DNA of 64,000 bases from a virus (lineage: Duplodnaviria; Caudoviricetes), in the IMG/VR virus record IMGVR_UViG_3300049201_000008, positions 16,024-80,023 of that record; one strand, 5' to 3'. The translations under genes and the position numbers were made by a program. Below are positions 51,071-59,636 of this stretch, in pieces; position 1 is the stretch's first letter; each line of letters opens with the position of its first letter. Below the pieces are notes generated by a model. The model was not told the origin of the DNA. It searched no databases and worked only from the letters and a program-made list of their open reading frames with translations.

Positions 51071-54000
51071 TCATTGCAACGCTGGTTTGACCGCCGAGTT
51101 CATTATAGTGCGGATGCCCGGCAATGATCCACCGGGAATTTGGCGAAGCGCTGCATTTGTTGCCGACCTCGTTCTTTCGCCCTTTGTCACAGCGGCATAG
51201 ATCGCGGCAAGGTCAGAAAAGAGCCCGGCAGTCGGGCCAAGAACGGCGCCAAGCGGATCGCGGCTCTGATAGCGCGTAACAGAGCCGGAATGATCCTTAT
51301 CGCCCGCAACGGCAGATATCCCCGCCGGGATCGAAAGGTTCGCGCCGCCCAACGAGGCGGAAACCTTGTCCGCCGTGTTGGTGATTTCGAAGGGGAGAAA
51401 CAATCCACCCCATCGGTCCATTCCATCCCCGATCCACTTGCCCGGATTGTCAAGGAGGTTCTGGGCTTTCTCATAGTCACCGCGTTCAACCATCTTCGCG
51501 TAGCTGGCCATCATCCCCAGCACAGTCCCAAATATCATGCTTTCGAGAAGCCGCCGCGGGCGCTCTTGAAGTCCGAGCATGAGCATGCGCTGATGCGAGG
51601 CGAGTCCGAACGTCTTGAACTGCATGATTAGTCGGCCTGTGTTCGTCTTCATCCACAGCGGCTTGTCGCCCATCCCCGGCTTGATGATTGTTCGGTCAAC
51701 GTCTTTGTTCAGCGCGGCACCCATGGCGCGATAAGCCTCAATATCATCCCATTCTCTGGCATTGGCCCCTCGGATGCCTTTTTCCTCAATGCCATGCCTC
51801 TTGAACTGATCGGCGATGCGAGTGGCCATGTCCTCATCAATGCCGAGAAAACCCATGTAGGCCTTCTCAGCCTTATCCATGCCTCCCCAATTGAGGGCGT
51901 TCTTAAGGATTCGGTTTTCCGTCATCACCGATGAAATCATGTTCATGGTATCGGTCCACCAGCCTATGCCGGTAGCTTTGGTGAAAATGTTCGCGGCGTT
52001 ATCCAGAAACCGCTCATAGCGATTTCCATAGCGGTAAGGATCGCGGAGATCAGCCATGGAAGCAAAGCGTGCCTGCATAACTTGTTCCGCTACTGTGCCA
52101 AAGTCCTTTGCATCTTGGCGGGCGATCTGGACCGATTTCAGATTGGAGGTCAGGATCGGGAGCGCCTCTGACATCGTCGCCCGCAAGCCATGAACGGCCG
52201 GCGGGCGAGCAGCGTCCGTAATGCTCGACAAAGTCACTCCACCCAGGAGCCGCATGTAGTTCCACGTCAAAGCTGCGTTCGTGATCGCTGACCAGCCGGA
52301 CGATCGATCTGATGCCTGATACGTGCCGCGCAGCATGTCCCTGAACGCGGTCAGGTGCTTCACGTCCCGTTCTTCGGCCTTGTCCAACTTCGCGCGCTCA
52401 GCAGGCGTCTTTGCCTCTTTGCGCAGTCCTTCGTAATCCTTGGTGATGGCCTCCAACTGATCCTTCAAATCAGATCGGCCGAAACGCTTCGTCAATTCGA
52501 TATCGGCCGCCATTGAGCGGGAATAGCGGCGGAGGATCATTTCCGCGTCGTTGGACAGGAAATCCTCGATCTTCTCGTCAGGGATATTGAATGTGCGTTC
52601 CTTGAGCGGCCCGCGCTTCAGCGGAACCAGCCATTCCGGAACGTCGCCCTTTCCCTTTCCGGTCAGGTTGTTGAAAACTTCGGAAATCACCTCGTCGATG
52701 TAGTCGGCACGGTCAGCATCACTGATGAATTCCGGTAAATCCTGCGTCTGCTTCGGAAGCATCGGCTTGAGTTTATCAGACTTCTCCGTTGCCTTCGCTA
52801 CCCGTTCCTTGATCTCTGGCAGTTCCTTTTCGAGTTTTGCCAACTCAAGATCGAGTTCCGAGGTGAGCTTCCCGTCAGCATCAAGGCGTTGAAGCGCCTT
52901 CATCCGGGTTTCCACTCTCGCTTGATCATACCGTGCCTTGCCGTAGTCGCGGCGAGCCTTGGCGTAATCCACCATGATTCCAATCTTGGGGGAGGTTCTC
53001 GCCAGATCGGCAGAGGCGTTGATCTCGTCTTCAAGTTTTGTGAGTTCGTCCGCTATGTTTTTGGCTTCGCTCTCCGAAACGAGTTTGTCGTTCCTGATCT
53101 TGTCCGTTACCTGGTCGAACTCCTCGATCTCCTGATTGAGCCGAGAAATTTTCATGTCGACATCGTCAAGCGCGCCCTCTTGGCCGAGGACTTCGCTCAT
53201 CCGCTCGCGTATCTGCTTTATGGTGGCGTTCTTCGGTAGCCCTATCGTCTCCAGCCAGTTTTCGACATTGGCGCTCATGGCCTCTGCATTGGCGATTTCG
53301 GCCTCATCTGCAGAGGAGCGAACAGGAGAGCCGGCCATTTCCTGCCGGACGGCTTCGAGGACATCATTTTGAGAGATGTAGCCATTCTCATCGGTCTTGA
53401 AATTGTCGAAAACGTCATGCTCTCGCGCAATGATATTGTCCGCCGCCCCGCGCCCGCCGTCTGTGCGGAATAGCCCCGGAACAGTCTTGGGCGAAATACC
53501 CATATTGCGCAGTTCAGCATCGAGGGAAGAGCCAATGCGGACGCCGCCGCGCTTCTTTAGGATGCTGAGAACAGGCGTCTTTGCCCTCTTGACGTTTTCC
53601 GCCTTGCGCGCCTCTTTCGCGAACTTGACGAGAGTATCGTCTTCGGCTCCGGATCGCAGCGCGTCGACAACTTCCTTCGGCGCCCTGCCCCGCAAGACAT
53701 CGAAGCGTCGGCTTTCTTCAGCCTTAACCCTTCCAAGCTTCCCCTCGCGAACCTTTTGACGCGCGCTCAATCGCTCCTCGATCTGGCTCAGGCGGTCGAA
53801 GGCTTGCTGGTATCTGTCATCGACAGACATGGTCTTGACGACCTTGTTGCCGAGCCTAGTTTCCTCTTGAGCCAGTTGGACCTTGTTGAGTTCGGCGTCG
53901 AAATACTCCCGTGCGATCTGCCGGAACCGCGGCTCTTCCCCGATCAGCCGCTCTCTGTTCCAAAGTCGCGTGACATAACTTGCGGCAGTCGTGGTTTTGA

Positions 54001-55240
54001 CATCCTCCGGCAGAAGCTTGGATTCGACGGCAGTTTTGAGGAGCGGATCGAATATCCGCTCACGAGCCGCCTTCGCCGCCCGCGTGACGAACTCGTTGCC
54101 ATTGATGTCGGTATCATTCCGCCGGCCAGCCTTGGCAACGGCCTCCATGAATTGCGTCTTTGTCATCATCTCGCCAGACGCCGGCAGCCGCGCAGTGACG
54201 GCATTCTGCCCAAGCGACTTGCGGTAGGCGATGTATTCCGCATCGGCCAGCCGCTTCCACTGGCCATAAGCGCCGCGATTGTAAATCTTGACCAGATTCT
54301 CAACATCCGGGCCGAGGCTTTTGCCTTCCATGTTCATGCTGGTATAGACGGGGTTATCCACCATCTTAAGATAGGTTTCGCGGACCTTTGCTGAGGGAGA
54401 CAGTAGCGTCCTGATGCCCGGATTGATGCGCGCGGCGGCCGATGTGTTGGCAACGATCTGGGCAATCTTTGGTCCGCCGATGCCCATCTCCTCCAAAGCC
54501 GGCGTCAAATCATCCACCGACTGCGCACCGGCCGCCTGCGCTCGCTTGACCATCTGGTCAACGACTGCGTTCGGGTTTGCGACTTCGCCGCTCAAATCCT
54601 CTTCGAGGCTCTTCGAGACGCGAGACCATTCGCTGCGAGTAAAAAGCCGTGACAGCCCTCCACCAAGAATACCGCCCAAGATCACCGAGCCGCCAATAGC
54701 AAGGGCGCTCTCCGTCTTGGTACGCGTGGCCTGGTTGGCGTGCAGCGCGGCTTCTTGCGCTGCAGTCGAAACACCAGCCGCAGCGCCGACAGCGAGCGCG
54801 GAACGAACAGCATTGTAGCCCAGCTTTCCTTCCTGCACCAATGCCCCACCAGGGAGCAGCGTGGGCAGATCGATCAAGCTCGCCCCGAGCGACAGAAACG
54901 TTCCTGTCCAGCCAGATTGAGCCAGCGTTGCCCTATCCTTGCGCTCCTGATCGATCTGGCTTTTCAGCGCAGCCGCGGCGTTGGAATTGTACACGTCCTC
55001 GAATAGGTCGGCATGATCCTCATAACCCTTGAGGTCTTTGTATGGATCATAAGTCGGATCAACTGCTGTCAGCTTATCAAGGCTGTAATCCAGACGGGGA
55101 TTGGCCAGCGTCGAAGCCACCGTGTTTTCCTGCCTGAAAGCAGAACCCAGCGTCTCCATGAACGACGGATCAGGCGCGTCCAGCGGTGTGTACGCGACAT
55201 AGCCAGAGTCATCAAATGTGACGGCCTTGTTAATCGGCAT
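51071..55240 (-). CDS. large internal virion (DNA ejection) protein
   Basis: 1389 aa, helical; position after the muralytic ejection protein. Confidence 0.75.
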   Translation of the reverse strand: MPINKAVTFDDSGYVAYTPLDAPDPSFMETLGSAFRQENTVASTLANPRLDYSLDKLTAVDPTYDPYKDLKGYEDHADLFEDVYNSNAAAALKSQIDQERKDRATLAQSGWTGTFLSLGASLIDLPTLLPGGALVQEGKLGYNAVRSALAVGAAAGVSTAAQEAALHANQATRTKTESALAIGGSVILGGILGGGLSRLFTRSEWSRVSKSLEEDLSGEVANPNAVVDQMVKRAQAAGAQSVDDLTPALEEMGIGGPKIAQIVANTSAAARINPGIRTLLSPSAKVRETYLKMVDNPVYTSMNMEGKSLGPDVENLVKIYNRGAYGQWKRLADAEYIAYRKSLGQNAVTARLPASGEMMTKTQFMEAVAKAGRRNDTDINGNEFVTRAAKAARERIFDPLLKTAVESKLLPEDVKTTTAASYVTRLWNRERLIGEEPRFRQIAREYFDAELNKVQLAQEETRLGNKVVKTMSVDDRYQQAFDRLSQIEERLSARQKVREGKLGRVKAEESRRFDVLRGRAPKEVVDALRSGAEDDTLVKFAKEARKAENVKRAKTPVLSILKKRGGVRIGSSLDAELRNMGISPKTVPGLFRTDGGRGAADNIIAREHDVFDNFKTDENGYISQNDVLEAVRQEMAGSPVRSSADEAEIANAEAMSANVENWLETIGLPKNATIKQIRERMSEVLGQEGALDDVDMKISRLNQEIEEFDQVTDKIRNDKLVSESEAKNIADELTKLEDEINASADLARTSPKIGIMVDYAKARRDYGKARYDQARVETRMKALQRLDADGKLTSELDLELAKLEKELPEIKERVAKATEKSDKLKPMLPKQTQDLPEFISDADRADYIDEVISEVFNNLTGKGKGDVPEWLVPLKRGPLKERTFNIPDEKIEDFLSNDAEMILRRYSRSMAADIELTKRFGRSDLKDQLEAITKDYEGLRKEAKTPAERAKLDKAEERDVKHLTAFRDMLRGTYQASDRSSGWSAITNAALTWNYMRLLGGVTLSSITDAARPPAVHGLRATMSEALPILTSNLKSVQIARQDAKDFGTVAEQVMQARFASMADLRDPYRYGNRYERFLDNAANIFTKATGIGWWTDTMNMISSVMTENRILKNALNWGGMDKAEKAYMGFLGIDEDMATRIADQFKRHGIEEKGIRGANAREWDDIEAYRAMGAALNKDVDRTIIKPGMGDKPLWMKTNTGRLIMQFKTFGLASHQRMLMLGLQERPRRLLESMIFGTVLGMMASYAKMVERGDYEKAQNLLDNPGKWIGDGMDRWGGLFLPFEITNTADKVSASLGGANLSIPAGISAVAGDKDHSGSVTRYQSRDPLGAVLGPTAGLFSDLAAIYAAVTKGERTRSATNAALRQIPGGSLPGIRTIMNSAVKPALQ

Positions 55241-58200
55241 TCAATTTGCCTCCGGCCTTCTCCCACCTATCGCGAGCCTCGCGTTCGGCCTTCCTGATTG
55301 CCTGTGTGCGAACCAGTCGGGATTCTCCCTTCAATTGTTCTTCGACCGCCTCCCGGGCTTTCCGGATTTCATCCTGAAGGCCTTGACGATCCAAACGCAT
55401 CGGGGAGGCTTGCTCCTGCTGGATTGCCGGCGACGTGCCGGCGATATCGTCCGCTCCAGCGGGTAGATCAGGCGTCACGACATCGGGTTGAACCGCATTC
55501 GCAGCATCATCCCTCACCTGCTGTTCAGCCTCGCGCATCATCTGCTCGCGGAACGGAGAGGCGTAATCCTTGTACTTTTCTGCTGCTTCGTCTCTTGCCG
55601 CCCGGATGGCGTCGTAGAATTTATCATCGGAGACGGCTTCCTTCAAATTCGCCTTCTGGTTCTCAGACGATTTCTGAATTGCCGTCTCGTTTGCTTTTGC
55701 AGGGTCAGCCGTGAACGGATGCTGATATTTATGCAGTTGGCCGTCCTGTATGTAGAAAAGCTGGTAATTCGCAGGCCGTCCGGCCGAAACATCCCGCTCG
55801 GTTTGATCGTAGGGCTGAAGGAAAACATCCGTCGCGTCGATCTTCTCCTGTTTCAAATCATCAAGCGCCTGCTGCCGGATATAGTCGTGAGACCCGGCGA
55901 CATCGGCAGGGTAGGTTTTCTCCGGCGGCAGCTTCACCACGGACCTGTTGCCAGCGATCGTCAAGTCTGATGTCCCGTAGAGCTTGGCGAAACGTTCGTC
56001 GGCCATCTTCTTGCCGAGAACGGGATCGCCGCCCGCGTCGGCTATGCTCTCTTCCAGGATGCCCTTGTAGTCGGCAACGATGGCTTGCTCCCCTTCCGGG
56101 GTGTATCCGACTGAAAGCTGCTGCTGATTTGGGACGGTGCCAAGATTGGGAGCGAAGGAAAGCACGGTATCGAAGATGTCGGCCACCGTGCTCGCATCGA
56201 CGCCCTTGATAAGATCGGCGATCGGCTTCGATTTCATGATGGCATCACGCCGTGCGGACATAGCCGGATCGTTCAGAGATACAACCTTACGAGCAGCCTC
56301 CTCCGGGCTGTACCCCATGTCGAAAGAATAATGCCTGTAGGCTGTCAGGTTTTTTTCAACCTGCTCATGCCCAGCCATGGCGGCGATCGAGACCGGAGCA
56401 ATCTTTGCGATTGCATCGACGGTCTGAAGCGTCTGCGCCATCTGGTTGACGTCCTGAGTGACCATGCCGCGGCGGATGTCTGCCTGAACGCTGTCTGGGA
56501 TGAGCCCGGTCTGCGATATGAACGAACTGGTAAGCGGGGCTTGCTTCTCCTCCGGCACCATCGTCAGCATCTTGTCGAAAGCTTTGTTTGCAAGCTTCTT
56601 CTGATCGCCATCAAACGGATTGATCGAAACCGTATCTCCCGCCCCGAGGCGCGAAATAAGCTGGTCGACGCCCTGGTTTTCCTTGAGGGCAGAGTTTAGC
56701 GTGTTGATGAGAGACGCTTTGTCGCCATTATCGATATACTGGTTGTTGAGGATATCAGACTGGCTGACCCTTGCAGGGTCGACGGCTATCTGAAGGCTGA
56801 GATCATCCTTTGCCTGCTGTTGTGCCGCTTTGGTGTCTGCCACTGTTCTGCGGAAAGCGTCATCCCGGTTTGCAATGGCGATGTCATAGGCCTTCATTCT
56901 GGCTTCAGGAGAAGCTTTAGCCAATTCCGGCGGGAGATCAACGGTGGGCTGAGTGCTTGCGAGCAGTTGATTGACGGGCTTGACCTCTTTGCCGCCGCGC
57001 GTGCTGGAGTCCTCGATATGCCAGTTCTCATTCCCCAGCGGGAATTTCAGGCCATGAGCACCAGCGTTATCGTGCAGCCATTTCACGACCTCTGGTGGAG
57101 CGTTCTTGAGGCTCTTTCCATCATATGCAAGGTCAGCCGCATTGCCCTCATTGTGCTGGCTATGACCGGGAGGGGCAACCCATTTCCGGGCCTTGGCGGC
57201 TGAACCGTACTTCTTGAGTGCTGCCTGCCAAAGCTCATTCTGCCGTTCAACCGAGCGGAACCCAGAAAACAGGCCGAGCTTATCGCGCATTTCTGGCGGA
57301 GCGCTTTGCAGCAAGTTGGATAGCTTGACGGCAAACGGCTCTTTCAGCCCGTTTATCGCATCGGCATTTTTATCGGTGTGCGATTGAAGGTAAGTTCGGG
57401 CTGCCGTGACTTGCTCGGGATTAAAACTCTGGTCTGGCAAGTTCTGGCCGGCCTTCTCATCCCGATCATCCGGCGAAAGTCTCAGCGCTTCGTTGACCTT
57501 CTTGTAATAATCCGCCGACTCCTTCGGGATAACGCTATCATCCCGGCCAGCCTTCAGCCATGCATCCGCCCTGCCGGGACCGCCGTTATAGGCAATGAGC
57601 GCGGCTTCGGTGTCGCCATCGTACTTCTTGAGCATATTGCTCATGTACTTCTGGCCGTAGCGGATGGAGACGCCTTCGTTTTTCAGATATTCCTTTTGCG
57701 CCTCAAGCGTCTTCGGGAAATCCGTATCGCCGAGCTGTGCTGCAATTTCCGCCGCGGTCTCCGGCATGACCTGCATCAGCCCAGACGCGCCCTTGTGGCT
57801 TTCCGCGTCAACCTGGCCCTTACTCTCGACAGAAATCATGGCGCGCGTCAGAGGGTCGTCAGTGATTGAAACTTTGTTCAGCGGGTTGGCTGGGTTCGGA
57901 AGCTTGTCATATTTCCCCGCCTTCGCGGCAAGGATAGCCTGTTCATCATAGGCTTTTTGGACGAATAATTCCCGGCGCTTCGATGCCTCCTCCTGCGTGA
58001 GCAGGCCGGACTTTTCCGCCATCTCGATCGCGCCATCGATGTCGGCCCGCGCCTTGTCTCTGATGGCATCCGGCGTGTTCGGATCAACGACGAGATTGTA
58101 ATTGACGGTGTTCGCATCATCGAGCGCGGAGGTTTCCGCGCCGCGCCGCTTGTCCGTCGCCTTGTCTCTCAGCCAGTCTTTTGCCCTGATCGCTTGTTCC

Positions 58201-58571
58201 GACGCTTCCGCCTGCCAGCGTTCCCGCATCTGCTGATCACGGATAAGGTTGCCGGCATCGGACAGCGTCTTGTCGATCGTCGGATCGCCGCGCTTGTTGA
58301 ACGTGGAGAAATCCGGATCGTTTTCAAACTGGTTCTGGACGTCGAGCAGGCCCTTCGTCTTGTAGGCTTCGGCCCGGGCAATATCGACGGCGTTGTTTTT
58401 CCGTGTCTGCTCTTCCTTCTTCTGCTTGATGTCGGATGCGACCGAAGCCAGATCGCTCGCAAACGACTTGATACCACGGCCAATAGCCGATGCGTCATAG
58501 GTCGAAATAGTCCGTCCCGAGCGCAGGTTGAACGGCCCGGAAAGATCATAATCGGCAGGGATTCTCGGCAT
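55230..58571 (-). CDS. internal virion protein with lytic transglycosylase and M15 peptidase domains
   Basis: SLT: VESKG...ASGLMQVMPETA...AYNGGPG; M15: SGFRS..RQ..LW...APPGHSQHNEGNAADL...ENWHIE. Confidence 0.9.
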   Translation of the reverse strand: MPRIPADYDLSGPFNLRSGRTISTYDASAIGRGIKSFASDLASVASDIKQKKEEQTRKNNAVDIARAEAYKTKGLLDVQNQFENDPDFSTFNKRGDPTIDKTLSDAGNLIRDQQMRERWQAEASEQAIRAKDWLRDKATDKRRGAETSALDDANTVNYNLVVDPNTPDAIRDKARADIDGAIEMAEKSGLLTQEEASKRRELFVQKAYDEQAILAAKAGKYDKLPNPANPLNKVSITDDPLTRAMISVESKGQVDAESHKGASGLMQVMPETAAEIAAQLGDTDFPKTLEAQKEYLKNEGVSIRYGQKYMSNMLKKYDGDTEAALIAYNGGPGRADAWLKAGRDDSVIPKESADYYKKVNEALRLSPDDRDEKAGQNLPDQSFNPEQVTAARTYLQSHTDKNADAINGLKEPFAVKLSNLLQSAPPEMRDKLGLFSGFRSVERQNELWQAALKKYGSAAKARKWVAPPGHSQHNEGNAADLAYDGKSLKNAPPEVVKWLHDNAGAHGLKFPLGNENWHIEDSSTRGGKEVKPVNQLLASTQPTVDLPPELAKASPEARMKAYDIAIANRDDAFRRTVADTKAAQQQAKDDLSLQIAVDPARVSQSDILNNQYIDNGDKASLINTLNSALKENQGVDQLISRLGAGDTVSINPFDGDQKKLANKAFDKMLTMVPEEKQAPLTSSFISQTGLIPDSVQADIRRGMVTQDVNQMAQTLQTVDAIAKIAPVSIAAMAGHEQVEKNLTAYRHYSFDMGYSPEEAARKVVSLNDPAMSARRDAIMKSKPIADLIKGVDASTVADIFDTVLSFAPNLGTVPNQQQLSVGYTPEGEQAIVADYKGILEESIADAGGDPVLGKKMADERFAKLYGTSDLTIAGNRSVVKLPPEKTYPADVAGSHDYIRQQALDDLKQEKIDATDVFLQPYDQTERDVSAGRPANYQLFYIQDGQLHKYQHPFTADPAKANETAIQKSSENQKANLKEAVSDDKFYDAIRAARDEAAEKYKDYASPFREQMMREAEQQVRDDAANAVQPDVVTPDLPAGADDIAGTSPAIQQEQASPMRLDRQGLQDEIRKAREAVEEQLKGESRLVRTQAIRKAEREARDRWEKAGGKLNAD

Positions 58572-59017
58572 TAGCCAAACACCCCGCTTATGCCCTTGGT
58601 CAACGTTCCCGCCCCTTCGATAAATGAGCCAAGGAGAGACGCCCGTCCGCTCAGCCGCGTAGCCTTGGCGGCATCGAACAGACCGCGTTTCCGCTGTTCC
58701 CCGGTATAGAGTGCCGTCTGTGCATTGTATTCGCCCTGCCCTGCTGTCTGTGTCATCAGGCGGATAATTGTGGGATCGCCAGCGCCGGCACCAGACGCGG
58801 CGGCAACGGCCTGCTGCCGAGACTGGACAATACGGGCTTCCCGGCGCTTTGCATCGGCATCACGTTGAGACGCGGCAAACTCTTCCTTGCCCTGTGCTTC
58901 CTGCTGCTCCGCCTGATAGTCGGCCGCGTTCTTCTGGGCAATGCCGGACGCGATAGAACCGGCCGCGCCGATCGCAGCAGCTACGAGCTCTAATCCTGAC
59001 AAAGCGTCACCTTCCAC
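58571..59017 (-). CDS. small internal virion (ejection) protein
   Basis: SGLELVAAAIGAAGSIASG; Ala/Gln-rich helix; start may be TTG 59002. Confidence 0.75.
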   Translation of the reverse strand: MEGDALSGLELVAAAIGAAGSIASGIAQKNAADYQAEQQEAQGKEEFAASQRDADAKRREARIVQSRQQAVAAASGAGAGDPTIIRLMTQTAGQGEYNAQTALYTGEQRKRGLFDAAKATRLSGRASLLGSFIEGAGTLTKGISGVFG

Positions 59018-59370
59018 ACTTCTTGGTTATCCAGCATTTCGTCAGTCTTTTCGAAGCCCGCGAGTTTCAAGAGTCGCTCCGATGTTTCGAACTTTTCATC
59101 GCGCGTGGCGTAGACTTCTGCCTCGCCCAATTGACGGGCTTTCCGCAGCATCGAGGCGCATTGCCTCAGCGCCTTCAGTCCTTGGCCCTTGGCAAGTTCG
59201 ACGTCTTCCGTTGAATACCAAAGCCACGCCCTGCCGGCGGCGAACGCCAGTCCACCTGACGCGACAAGCTTGCCGTCCTTGATTCCGACACGACAGATTA
59301 CAGGCATGTCGATGACCAAGTTTGCAACGGCGCCTGCGGCCAGGCCAGGAACGGAGATGACTTCGATCAC
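58990..59370 (-). CDS. putative GNAT-like acetyltransferase / virion assembly protein
   Basis: Between nozzle and ejection genes; SERLLKLAGFE. Confidence 0.5.
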   Translation of the reverse strand: MIEVISVPGLAAGAVANLVIDMPVICRVGIKDGKLVASGGLAFAAGRAWLWYSTEDVELAKGQGLKALRQCASMLRKARQLGEAEVYATRDEKFETSERLLKLAGFEKTDEMLDNQEVWKVTLCQD

Positions 59371-59627
59371 GGAAGTTTCGCGTAGCCCGCCTCGAAAGCT
59401 TCGGCTGGCGAATAACTCTTGTAGCCACCGTCATAAACGACGAAGTAGCCGCCTACTTCTGGCGAATGCTTGCCGCAGTATGCGCCGTCAACCTCGAATG
59501 GCGCGTAGCCCGCATCGGATGGAGTGATGACAGCGCCACCAAGCGTATCGAAGTCAATGTCCTTGATCTTGAGCGCCCATACTTGCTTGTGGCACTGGTA
59601 GCGCGGCATTTCACGAGAGGTTGTCAT
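59367..59627 (-). CDS. conserved small phage protein
   Basis: YQCHKQVWALKI...GGYFVVYDGGYKSYSPAEAFEAGY. Confidence 0.7.
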   Translation of the reverse strand: MTTSREMPRYQCHKQVWALKIKDIDFDTLGGAVITPSDAGYAPFEVDGAYCGKHSPEVGGYFVVYDGGYKSYSPAEAFEAGYAKLP

Positions 59628-59636
59628 TGCTTCGCC

